A DNA stretch of 64,000 nucleotides from a virus (taxonomy: Duplodnaviria > Caudoviricetes). Below the pieces are notes generated by a model that did not search any database, was not told the origin of the DNA, and was given only the letters and a program-made list of their open reading frames with translations. The stretch spans positions 1,249 through 65,248 of the IMG/VR virus record IMGVR_UViG_3300036770_006429; one strand, written 5' to 3'. This document shows positions 26,663 to 35,790 of the stretch, piece by piece. The translations under genes were made by a program, and so were the position numbers. Each line of letters begins with the position of its first letter. Positions within the stretch are counted from its first letter, which is position 1.

Positions 26663-29600
26663 CTAATAACCAACCTCCGTTAAATATACCGTCGCAACAA
26701 CACGAATAACCGTATTTGAAGCCGCGTCAAAAGGAGGAGTGAACTGAACCCTTAACGCCTCGTTCGTGTCATCCGCATCTATTGTAACCACGCACGTTTC
26801 CATCCCCAAATCACTTTGCGGGGTATGATCGGTTTGAACTGAACCTATTAATGAAGTATTTGTCCCAATCCGCTTAATCCCAAGTGTGTAATTCCCGATA
26901 AAAGAAGAACCAGCAACAAGTGTGTCCGGTCCCGTACCAACCGTTACCACAGTAGCAACAATTTGTACACGAGCATTCCAAATTCTACCGCTTGTTGGCC
27001 CACTACCAGTTCCATAAGTAATCGGCAAAACAGCTCTAAGTGAACTTCCGTCAAGAAATAATTCAGTTTGACTTGTGCCAGTGATAGCCCGACGCAAACG
27101 CATATTAGATGTCTGCGCATCACTACTGCTAGCGATTGATCCACTTCCAATTGCCATAAAACCATATAAATCAGATCTGGCGCCGCCACCAAATGATACA
27201 CTATGAGTGGTAGTCGCCAACGAACTTGAACCAGCCATAACAGCAGAGTTTACACCGGATGCCGTGCTTGAGGTGCTCGCAATAATACCAGACACTGAAC
27301 CAGATGCTGTGCATGCGGTACTACCAACAACAGAGCTATTTGCCCCACTAGCAGTCGATGTATTGCCTCCAACAACAGAGCTATTTGACCCACTAGCAGT
27401 CGATGAACTACCTCCAACTGTAACAGATTGAATTCCCTGTGCTTTATTTACTGTTCCACCTAAACACGCAGCATTTGTGCTACTTGCTGTATTGCTATCG
27501 CCACCTAATACGATTGATTGACTTGCCGTTGCGTAATTTACAGAACCACCAACAACGGAAGATAAATCTGCGGTTGCTCTGCTATTTGATGCACCTAAAA
27601 TAGCAGAACGATTACCGCTAGCAACATCTATATTTGACCCACCTAATTGTAAATCGACTGCACCATTACCTCTAGCGTTTCCTGATTCTCTTGCCACAAT
27701 AGCACCATTGCCCTTTGGTGCAATTGTAATTCCAATACTCCCATCAACACCAGCGGCAGCAATCGTTGCTGTTGCTTGAGTTGTCGCCGCTGTATTTCGC
27801 CCAATTTCAATTCTCCCATTGTCAAGCACTCTAAAATTATCTATGCCAGATAAATTTTCAACAACAAAAGTCTCATTAGTCGTAGTACCAATACCTCTAA
27901 CGTGCAGTTTTGCTGATGGTGTGCTGTTGCCAACCGTTAATAACCCCTCCAAATAATTGTTTGCTGAACCAGAACCATACAACCCAAACCCGCTATTGTT
28001 ACTCCATTCTATAGACCTCCAGTCTGGCGCAGATGTTAGAGTAGGATTTAAATACAAACCTCTTGTCACACCTACGGCATTTGATTGATTGACTATTGGA
28101 GCACCATACATAAGGTTAAAAGTGCCAGCACCAGACGTCGGAGCAAAAGATGTCTCAACACCAAGCGCAATGTATGTACCGCTAGAATTTGTAACCGTAA
28201 TGGGTGGGATAGCACCTGAAGCACCCGCAACTATAATATCTTGACCAGACCCATTCTTAACATTAAAAGCAGTTCCAGAGGCCGATCCTGTAATAGCCGT
28301 ATTCCCCCCTAATGAACTTGTTCCGTTAACGTCTAATGTTGCTGTAGGAGATGTTTTGTTAACACCTAATCTCTTGTTTGTGTAATCCCATGATAGCGAG
28401 TCATTTGCAACAGCACTCCCGGTTGAATCCGCATAAAAAACCCTTCCGTCGGTACCAGTTACACTACCACCTCCTCCAGTACTTGTTATTGTTAATGTGT
28501 TGCTATTTGCGGAAAAAGAAATACCCGAACCCGCACTCAAAACCACATCTGTCCCAGTACTGCTATTTAACGTCACGGGCGAAGATGTGCCCGAAAAAGA
28601 TAAATCGGTACTGCCAGAATATTGCGGAATATTAAGTGTATCATTTGATAGAGTTGCCGCACCAGAATTATTGTTGGTGGTAAGTGTTATTTTCCCTTGA
28701 TAATTAGCCAAACTATCTTTGACACTTTGAGATAAATCCGTATAAGAAACGCCACCATCAATTATCTTTGTGCTATCGATAGCGTTATTGGCAATATTGA
28801 CCGTATTAATAATGCCAACATCTGATGCCTTTATGATTGAATCATTTTTCCAATACAAAGAATCAGCCAAATATCTTATTGTTTGTCCATTTGTTGGTGA
28901 GGTAATCAATACATCGTGAAGCTCTTCGAGCTCATAACCATTCTGAATTTTAACAAATATTGTACCATCGGTCGTGCTTGTAATGCAATAACCAACCAAA
29001 ACTGCATGAAGAGGCGCATGAGGTTTTACATTCGTAAATTGTCCGGCAATGGTGTCCAACCAAAGAGCCTGACCCGGAGTATAACTACCCGTGTTTATGC
29101 CTCTAACATATCCGCTAACTGTAACAAACCCAGATTGCCCAGAGGTTATTGGTTCCGTTACAACCCCAAATGTAACGCTGCTGCCTATTTCAGTGTCAGA
29201 TTCCGATCTTTGAACAGTCGGTCTTTGCCCAGATACACCATTTATATATACAACAGTACCGACAGTTAAAGGTGTGCCAGTCTCGTTTCTAACATAATGC
29301 AACTCTTCTTGGCCAATCTGAAGGGTAACATTCCCACCCTTCATTCCAAGTAGCAAAGTGCCATCCGTGTCATTCCAAGCAAGCTCGCCCGTACTAACAA
29401 TAGAATCATTGTCTGTGTTAAATATAATACTATCAACGGGCATTTTTAGATTGGCCAATATGTTTTTCCAAACCCCATCATCATAATGATATACTATATT
29501 TGAAGTAGTGTCCAAATACATCCAAGCATTATTAGTAGATGTGGGAGTGTACACAGGCGCACCAGACCCTCTATATACCAAGCCATCTCCGGTTGTTTGC

Positions 29601-29704
29601 CAAATTAACCTTAACTTATTCCCCGCAGGCATAGGGGTTATTTGGCCAAAAGAATTATAAGAAATAAAAAGTAAGCCTAAAATGATATAAATTGATGTTC
29701 GCAA
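26663..29704 (-). CDS. Tail-fibre/adhesin-like protein with Sec signal peptide and YadA-head-like 14-aa repeats
   Basis: MRTSIYIILGLLFISYNSFG|Q; GELAWNDTDGTL...LQIGQE and ELEELHDV fibre modules; RLGVNKTSPTATLDVNG; ASGxNSSVVGG repeats; TATTTAT at 29722-29728. Confidence 0.8.
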   Translation of the reverse strand: MRTSIYIILGLLFISYNSFGQITPMPAGNKLRLIWQTTGDGLVYRGSGAPVYTPTSTNNAWMYLDTTSNIVYHYDDGVWKNILANLKMPVDSIIFNTDNDSIVSTGELAWNDTDGTLLLGMKGGNVTLQIGQEELHYVRNETGTPLTVGTVVYINGVSGQRPTVQRSESDTEIGSSVTFGVVTEPITSGQSGFVTVSGYVRGINTGSYTPGQALWLDTIAGQFTNVKPHAPLHAVLVGYCITSTTDGTIFVKIQNGYELEELHDVLITSPTNGQTIRYLADSLYWKNDSIIKASDVGIINTVNIANNAIDSTKIIDGGVSYTDLSQSVKDSLANYQGKITLTTNNNSGAATLSNDTLNIPQYSGSTDLSFSGTSSPVTLNSSTGTDVVLSAGSGISFSANSNTLTITSTGGGGSVTGTDGRVFYADSTGSAVANDSLSWDYTNKRLGVNKTSPTATLDVNGTSSLGGNTAITGSASGTAFNVKNGSGQDIIVAGASGAIPPITVTNSSGTYIALGVETSFAPTSGAGTFNLMYGAPIVNQSNAVGVTRGLYLNPTLTSAPDWRSIEWSNNSGFGLYGSGSANNYLEGLLTVGNSTPSAKLHVRGIGTTTNETFVVENLSGIDNFRVLDNGRIEIGRNTAATTQATATIAAAGVDGSIGITIAPKGNGAIVARESGNARGNGAVDLQLGGSNIDVASGNRSAILGASNSRATADLSSVVGGSVNYATASQSIVLGGDSNTASSTNAACLGGTVNKAQGIQSVTVGGSSSTASGSNSSVVGGNTSTASGANSSVVGSTACTASGSVSGIIASTSSTASGVNSAVMAGSSSLATTTHSVSFGGGARSDLYGFMAIGSGSIASSSDAQTSNMRLRRAITGTSQTELFLDGSSLRAVLPITYGTGSGPTSGRIWNARVQIVATVVTVGTGPDTLVAGSSFIGNYTLGIKRIGTNTSLIGSVQTDHTPQSDLGMETCVVTIDADDTNEALRVQFTPPFDAASNTVIRVVATVYLTEVGY

Positions 29705-29755
29705 TTTATGAATATTTACCCATAAATATATCGAACTTCAAAAAAAAATAAAGCC

Positions 29756-29998
29756 TCATATGATAATTGCACAAGTTAAATCACAATCGGATTTAAAAAA
29801 ATATTTGGTGCATTTTTCATGACCAGATATATGTTCAAAGATGAATTTAAAATCTTTTGAATTTCCGCTTTCACTCAATATCGAAAAATTTCTTTTTGAA
29901 AAAGTAATATCTCCACTAACTTTAATCAAATCCGAAGCCGATGCTATTAATCTATTTTTTTCTCTGTGATATTGGAAAAGATTTCCCGGATATATCAT
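29756..29998 (-). CDS. Hypothetical protein
   Basis: 80-aa ORF with ATGA overlap. Confidence 0.6.
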   Translation of the reverse strand: MIYPGNLFQYHREKNRLIASASDLIKVSGDITFSKRNFSILSESGNSKDFKFIFEHISGHEKCTKYFFKSDCDLTCAIII

Positions 29999-30233
29999 TT
30001 AATTCTGAAATTTTTTCTGACTTCCTTCCAGCAATCTTTATATAGAGTTAACTCATTATTAATTGCCTCAGCCTCATAAGGATTATCTCTCCATGGTAAA
30101 TTGCGATATTTGTTATATTTTGTTTTTATCGGTTGCAGTGTGTGGGTATATTCGTGAATGATTGTTTGAACGAAATCTCTTATGTATTCATTATTTTTAA
30201 CGTAAATCGTCATTTTGTTTTTATAAGGCTCAT

Positions 30234-31583
30234 GTGAACTACCCAACCACTGAAGATGGTTGGGCTTCCAGATTATAAGTATCTGGAACTTTGGAAGTTT
30301 CATCGGTTGTGCCAACTGGTGTTGGTCTTATTTCACCTCCACTTCTGTAATCGGATGTCCCGTCCGATATTATTTTACATCCTTCTTTGAGGATATTTAT
30401 GCTTGCGTTCAAATCTCTATCCAAATTTGTATTGCAGGATGGACAAGTCCATTCCCTCATATCCAATTTTAGATTTTGATTTATATATCCACAACAATTG
30501 CATGTTTTGGAACTCGGAAAAAATCTATCAATCTTGACAATTTCTTTATCATTCCATTCTGCTTTGTAAGTCAAAAGTTCTATGAACTTTGACCAACTAA
30601 CATCGGCAATGTGTTTTGAAAGTTTATGATTTTTCATTAATCCCTTAACGTTCAAATCTTCCAATATGATTTTATCATATTTTCTGATTAACTCTGTGGA
30701 TATTTTGTGCAAATTATCTACACGAGAATTGGTTATTTTCTTGTGTAGCTTTGCAACTTTCAATCTTTGTTTTTCGTATCTTTTTGAGCCTTTCTTCTTT
30801 CTGCTCAGATGTTTCTGAGCATTTTTGAGTAAAGTCTGATATGTTCTTGTGTATCTATTGTTTTTATACCTATATCCGTCACTGGTTATAACAAAATCTT
30901 TTATGCCCAAATCGATTCCAACAATTTTCCCTGTTTTCGGGAGTTTTTTATGTTCCGTTTCAACAAGAATTGAGACAAAATATTCATTTGTCGGGGTTTT
31001 TGAAATTGTGCATTGCTTAATGGTTCCAGTAAATTTTCTGCTTAGGATTAAATCAATTGGTTCTTTAAACTTAGGTATTACTAATTTTCCATTCTCTAAT
31101 TTCACTGACTGTGGAACAGAAAATGAACTCCTGTTTCGTTTTGATTTGAACTTTGGAAATCCTTTTTTAAATTTAAAAAAGTTTTTATATGCGGTTTCCA
31201 AATTTTTCAACGCAGTTTGTAGTGATTGCGAATTGATTTCGTTTAACCAATAATAGTTTTCTTGTTTTTTTAATTCCGTTAATGCTTTTGCATTATCATA
31301 ATAGTTAATAGTATTTTTGTTATCTTCATATTCCTTTTTTCTTTCATTAAGAAAAAAGTTATAAACAAATCTAATGGAACCCAGATGCTTATTCAAAAGC
31401 ACCTTTTGTTCATCATTAGGTTTAAGTTTATATTTATATGCTTTTAACATTTATCAGAAATTCATTATATATGATAAATACATTTTAATTTATTAAAAGT
31501 TCATATTTATTAAAAATTTAACAATTATTTAACAACCTTTCATCCCAACCACTGAAGATGGTTGGGTTTTCGGTTGTTTTTAT
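30234..31583 (-). mobile_element. IS200/IS605-family (IS1341-type, tnpB-only) element, 1350 bp
   Basis: Inserted 3' of TTTAT (31588-31584); ends in TTCAC; identical 23-bp hairpins at 31544-31566 and 30242-30264; no target duplication; no tnpA. Confidence 0.93.
30239..31450 (-). CDS. tnpB: RNA-guided endonuclease TnpB
   Basis: KAYKYKLKP HTH; GIDLG, ILEDL and DRDLNA RuvC triad intact; CNCC...CPSC zinc finger. Confidence 0.96.
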   Translation of the reverse strand: MLKAYKYKLKPNDEQKVLLNKHLGSIRFVYNFFLNERKKEYEDNKNTINYYDNAKALTELKKQENYYWLNEINSQSLQTALKNLETAYKNFFKFKKGFPKFKSKRNRSSFSVPQSVKLENGKLVIPKFKEPIDLILSRKFTGTIKQCTISKTPTNEYFVSILVETEHKKLPKTGKIVGIDLGIKDFVITSDGYRYKNNRYTRTYQTLLKNAQKHLSRKKKGSKRYEKQRLKVAKLHKKITNSRVDNLHKISTELIRKYDKIILEDLNVKGLMKNHKLSKHIADVSWSKFIELLTYKAEWNDKEIVKIDRFFPSSKTCNCCGYINQNLKLDMREWTCPSCNTNLDRDLNASINILKEGCKIISDGTSDYRSGGEIRPTPVGTTDETSKVPDTYNLEAQPSSVVG

Positions 31584-31747
31584 ATAAACCCATGAAAGCA
31601 GAAATATCGTTTGTTATGCACAAGCTCTGCCTTATCTTGTGCCTTTTGTTGACGCCCAAATTATTCTCAAGCCAAAACAACGTATGTTTTGCAATATCCA
31701 AAAGCTCGTCAAGAGTTAAAGTTTCGGTTTTTCGAATCAATGAATAC

Positions 31748-31939
31748 TTATGGCGCATGGTTTTTTCTTTTATATTCAACAAATGGTGCAACCAACAAAA
31801 TCAATAAAGTTATTACAAAAGGAATCGGCCTTGATATCACTATCAAAGCCCTGTCTTTAACAAAAAATACATCCGCAACAGCAAATGCAAATATCAAACA
31901 AATAATCAAATATGATACATATATAAATATTCTGAACAT
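31748..31939 (-). CDS. Small two-TM membrane protein
   Basis: Hydrophobic ORF; likely start MFRIF. Confidence 0.5.
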   Translation of the reverse strand: MFRIFIYVSYLIICLIFAFAVADVFFVKDRALIVISRPIPFVITLLILLVAPFVEYKRKNHAP

Positions 31940-32116
31940 CTCATAATTTTTTTTTCTTTTACTTTTTGTGGCTACCAAATCTTATGTGAATGCTAACCAA
32001 CAACAATGCTATCGAAAAAAGATAACGTTTATGGGAATGGAGTGAGGTTTCCATGAAAGAAATCCCCACTTCCAGCCACCATAGCTCATCATCAAAACCG
32101 TGCCAAACAACCTCGA

Positions 32117-34267
32117 TCATTTTATGCCCATATATTGAGCAGTCTTCTCGTAACTTTCGAGGAAGTCATTGAACTCAAAAATCTTTTCAGCGTCCTCTTT
32201 GTTCACAACTTGAATGCCCCTTGCGGAAACATGAAGCCTTAGCAAATCATACAAACTGAATTTCGGAGGCGTAATAAACTGGGTTATCGCATCCATGATG
32301 TTTCGGCTATCGCCGCTTGCCCAAGTTGCACCATCTGAATCAACATCCAAAACAATGTATTCCCTTGTCTCCAAATCAAGAACGCAAACATAAGTGTTTG
32401 ATTTCTCCGATGTAAGAACGTATGCACTCGAAATGGTTTCAGGGACCCAAATGGGGTTCGCTTCAGGAAATTCCCTTTCCATGAAACCAAATGATGGTTT
32501 CATGCTTTTAAGTGACCCACCATTGTAATTTCTCACATCCACAAGGCAATATTTGTAACCCATAGAGACAACATCAGCGATATCAATATCGATATATTCG
32601 GCGCAAGCACCTCTTCGATGCCTAACATCACCAGAGTGAACGCTATAACGACCAACCTGCTTATTGTGATAGCTTATATTGGCTCTCTTGTCATCACCAA
32701 CAAATGTTGCACTCAGGTCAATATCAATGTTACCTCTCTCATCAAACCAATGTACATAAGCCCTAATAACCTTTGTGTCCTTATTACCAAAAGGAAACCT
32801 TGTTCCCCTAACCATCGGACGTGTCGACGCGCTCATGTCGCGCATATTCGATGGCAAAGGAATCTTCTTCAATTCCGGATCAATCCAGCATTTGCCCAAA
32901 CCATCCTCTTTTTTGAACTTGTTGTACAACACATCATAAATCAATAATGTCAAATCCTCAACAACGAAAATCGGTAGCGGATTAAGAGTCGGAAGCGTTT
33001 TTCGACTTCTTTTTCCCTTAATCATAACGGAACGGTTTGCAGATTTATCTGAACGTTTTTCAAAGTGATTTGCCAATTCAAAAAGCACTTTATTGCTAAT
33101 CTTGTCTGCGACACTCTGAAATTCACCCAAAATGTACTTGTATTTATTGATATTTTTGCGCACCAACGAATCCAATTTTCTGGCAAATTCTCCCGGTTTT
33201 TGCCGCAAAATTGAAATTTGCTTCACCAAAGACTCCTTTCTCGCCTTTTCAAGTTTTGCATTCCAAGTTTCAATTTTTCCATTGCGCAACTTATTAAAAG
33301 CATCAAATGCCTTTGGATAACGCTTTGCAAATTCTCCCGGATGGATTTTTTCGCCAAGACGGAGCCACCTTTCGCGATGTGTAGCCATATCGGAAATGTC
33401 GAGATTGTTATTTTCAAACATTTCCAACAATGTCCTTCTCTCCGCACGGGTGAAGTTCTTGAACTTAAATGCGTCACGGGTTGGTTGTGCTGAAGTTTGA
33501 AACCATGAAGTCATCCCTGTGTGACTGATATTGGCATATTTATATTCACCCCTTTTTTTCTGCTCTTTGGGGACAGCAGGAAGTGATACATCCCCACCGG
33601 ACATATAAACTGCAACCCTCAGAATATCCGTAACGCTTTTGATGTTCACACCTTTAACACCAGACGCAACCAACATGCACAATGTTTCCTTGAAAGGAAT
33701 TTCATTGGGTAGCTTGAGTTCAATACCAGAATTGATAAACCACTCCACAATTGACTTATCTTGTGGTGTCAAGCTGGTATTAATCCCACAAAGCGTTGTG
33801 AATATGTTATTGAACTCCTTCGCACGAGCCAATTTCAAAATAGTATATTTGGCACCCTTTTCCAACTTATATGGTCGAAGCTGTTCTACGCTTTCTGGGA
33901 CGAAATCACCATTTGTCATGTAATGAAGGATTGCATTGATGAAAAATTCGCAATCACTCATCTCCATCACTTCTCTCGGAAAGTTCTTATAAATTGGCTG
34001 GTAGTTACGGTCATCGCCAATAACAGATTTGATGTGATTAACAATAGACTCGTTCAGTTCAAACAAATAATCAAATGGCGCAAAAGACAGTTCGTCAATA
34101 ACTTCTTTATCAAACATATATCCATATCTCAGGATATTTGCTTGAATGGTTGCGATTAACCTTGGATTGTCAGCGACCAAGTTGACATAGTTTTTCTTGT
34201 GGAAAGTTTGGCATGTCTTAGGATGGAGAACATACCCTTTTAATAGAGCCACAACATGAATGTTCAT
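32117..34267 (-). CDS. ROT/TROVE-like repeat plus C-terminal TerD-domain protein
   Basis: PIYKNFP, TDILRVAVYMSGGDVSL, IHPGEF, PGEFARKLD; TerD-like DIDLSA...HSGDV...AEYIDIDI; promoter at 34299-34306. Confidence 0.72.
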   Translation of the reverse strand: MNIHVVALLKGYVLHPKTCQTFHKKNYVNLVADNPRLIATIQANILRYGYMFDKEVIDELSFAPFDYLFELNESIVNHIKSVIGDDRNYQPIYKNFPREVMEMSDCEFFINAILHYMTNGDFVPESVEQLRPYKLEKGAKYTILKLARAKEFNNIFTTLCGINTSLTPQDKSIVEWFINSGIELKLPNEIPFKETLCMLVASGVKGVNIKSVTDILRVAVYMSGGDVSLPAVPKEQKKRGEYKYANISHTGMTSWFQTSAQPTRDAFKFKNFTRAERRTLLEMFENNNLDISDMATHRERWLRLGEKIHPGEFAKRYPKAFDAFNKLRNGKIETWNAKLEKARKESLVKQISILRQKPGEFARKLDSLVRKNINKYKYILGEFQSVADKISNKVLFELANHFEKRSDKSANRSVMIKGKRSRKTLPTLNPLPIFVVEDLTLLIYDVLYNKFKKEDGLGKCWIDPELKKIPLPSNMRDMSASTRPMVRGTRFPFGNKDTKVIRAYVHWFDERGNIDIDLSATFVGDDKRANISYHNKQVGRYSVHSGDVRHRRGACAEYIDIDIADVVSMGYKYCLVDVRNYNGGSLKSMKPSFGFMEREFPEANPIWVPETISSAYVLTSEKSNTYVCVLDLETREYIVLDVDSDGATWASGDSRNIMDAITQFITPPKFSLYDLLRLHVSARGIQVVNKEDAEKIFEFNDFLESYEKTAQYMGIK

Positions 34268-34308
34268 AATAAAAAATTTAAGCGTTAAAAAATCTACGCA
34301 AAGATAAG

Positions 34309-34662
34309 TTATTTTGGTTTAGCTTGCAAGGATTTTTCAAAAGAATTTCCATTTATTTTTGAAAACCCCGCATGATTGAATTTGGTGGGCAATGCACTTG
34401 TCCAATAACCATTTGTTAGTTTCGGTTTTTGGAAGTGCCACCTCCATGTTCCATTTTGGTCTTGTGCGACATATTTTGCCCATTCGGGAGCCTTTGACCA
34501 ATCGGGCAAACGTTCTTTCTTTAAATTCAGGATAAGATTTTTTTGAAACCTAAAAAACGAAAAAAGCACTTTTGGTTTAAAAAACATCAAATACAAAGAA
34601 AGCGAAACAAAGCCCATGAAGAAATAGAACTCCCAGCTTGAAAAAATTTGTTTGATTGACAT
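34309..34662 (-). CDS. Membrane-anchored W/RP-family protein
   Basis: TM helix then PDWSKAPEWAKYVAQDQNGTWRWHFQKP...SLQAKP. Confidence 0.7.
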   Translation of the reverse strand: MSIKQIFSSWEFYFFMGFVSLSLYLMFFKPKVLFSFFRFQKNLILNLKKERLPDWSKAPEWAKYVAQDQNGTWRWHFQKPKLTNGYWTSALPTKFNHAGFSKINGNSFEKSLQAKPK

Positions 34663-34677
34663 ATGAAAAATTTTAAG

Positions 34678-35091
34678 TTAAAAAATCTCTGTAACCGATA
34701 ATGCACAATTCTCAAAATTGGCTATGCGCCAACTCAAGGTGTAAGTACCCGAATCCGTAACAATAATTAACTCCAAATCGGATTCTGTCATATGTGTCTC
34801 ACTAACAGATATTTGATAGTTAACATTAGTTATTTTTCCGGGCAATTTAACACCTTCGCTACCTATTATCTCCCACAGCCCACCAGAACAAGAAGGGGAT
34901 ATTGATATTCTTTTTTTATTGCTAACAAATATGAACCTGTTCTTGGCTTGTGGCTCAAAATGAGTTATTTCGAGACCAATCAAATCCGCAATCGATAGAT
35001 TTTTGGCCATTTTCCTTCTCACATAAGCACCCAAATCCATGTCATTTGGTGTGTTAAAAACCTCGTTCTCCGTTATTTCTATCCTTTTCAT
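34678..35091 (-). CDS. Hypothetical protein
   Basis: 137-aa ORF with TPNDMDLGAYVR phage motif. Confidence 0.65.
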   Translation of the reverse strand: MKRIEITENEVFNTPNDMDLGAYVRRKMAKNLSIADLIGLEITHFEPQAKNRFIFVSNKKRISISPSCSGGLWEIIGSEGVKLPGKITNVNYQISVSETHMTESDLELIIVTDSGTYTLSWRIANFENCALSVTEIF

Positions 35092-35221
35092 ATTTTTATT
35101 TTAAAAGGGGGACGTCGGCCAAAATGTCCAACGCCCCGTCTCCACCATCTTGTTTTAACGAAACAAGAAAAACGAAATGCAAATATATATAATTAATATC
35201 AGAAAAACAAATTTTTTGTAA

Positions 35222-35566
35222 ATGAATTTTTTATTAAATAACCACCAATTTTTCGGGAAAGTCGCAAAAACCAAAAAAGACATTCGAAATGGTATGATGT
35301 TTAAAACATTTAACTCCCCTCATAATGCAATGATATTTATGATGGATAATGGAAAGCATTGCTTCTGGATGAAAAATTGCATTATTCCTTTGGATATTGT
35401 TTTTATCAAAAACAAAACGGTAGTTAAAATACATAGCAATTGCCAACCATGCGTTTCACTTAAATGTGATTCTTATTGCGGTCATGGCGATATGGTTATA
35501 GAATTCGAAGGTGGGACTTGCATGGATAAAAATATAATAGAAGGTGATATTTTGGAATTCATTTAA
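35222..35566 (+). CDS. DUF192 family protein
   Basis: GMMF...MIF...FWMKNCIIPLDIVFI...VIEFEGG...GD. Confidence 0.85.
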   Translation: MNFLLNNHQFFGKVAKTKKDIRNGMMFKTFNSPHNAMIFMMDNGKHCFWMKNCIIPLDIVFIKNKTVVKIHSNCQPCVSLKCDSYCGHGDMVIEFEGGTCMDKNIIEGDILEFI

Positions 35567-35621
35567 AAAAATATTTACATTTCTTTTTAAACTCATATTT
35601 ATATAAAAAAAAAATCAAATT

Positions 35622-35777
35622 ATGGGATGTTCTTGCAAAGGAAATAACAGTGAGACACAAAAACCTCAGACAACAACACAGAATCAAACAACTAATCAAA
35701 ATACCGTTATGGAATCACTGGCCACAAAAGTCAAAAAAACGGTTGAGAAATACTACAACACAAACAAAACAAACTAA
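35622..35777 (+). CDS. 51-aa late protein starting MGCSCK (not in ORF track)
   Basis: Open frame from ATG 35622 to TAA 35777; TATTTAT at 35596-35602. Confidence 0.65.
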   Translation: MGCSCKGNNSETQKPQTTTQNQTTNQNTVMESLATKVKKTVEKYYNTNKTN

Positions 35778-35790
35778 TCATTAATATCAT

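Larger units (their letters stand above)
29995..31758 (-). pseudogene. HExxH zinc-metallopeptidase-like gene (137 aa) split by the IS element
   Basis: Joining 31758..31584 to 30233..29995 gives ...AFMGL|YEPYKNK...IIHEYTHTLQ...NPYEAEA in one frame. Confidence 0.85.

Noticed and set aside
29995-30315. ORF 29995..30315 (and 31540..31791) as independent genes
   Set aside because: They are the two halves of one gene, with termini read from IS-end sequence
4440-31566. Four copies of the 23-bp palindrome as CRISPR repeats or plain terminators
   Set aside because: They are dispersed rather than arrayed, lack U-tracts, and are fully explained as IS200/IS605 ends
30234-31583. IStron (self-splicing IS) rescuing the interrupted gene
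   Set aside because: Only ~130 AT-rich nt lie between the left end and tnpB, leaving no room for a group I intron core
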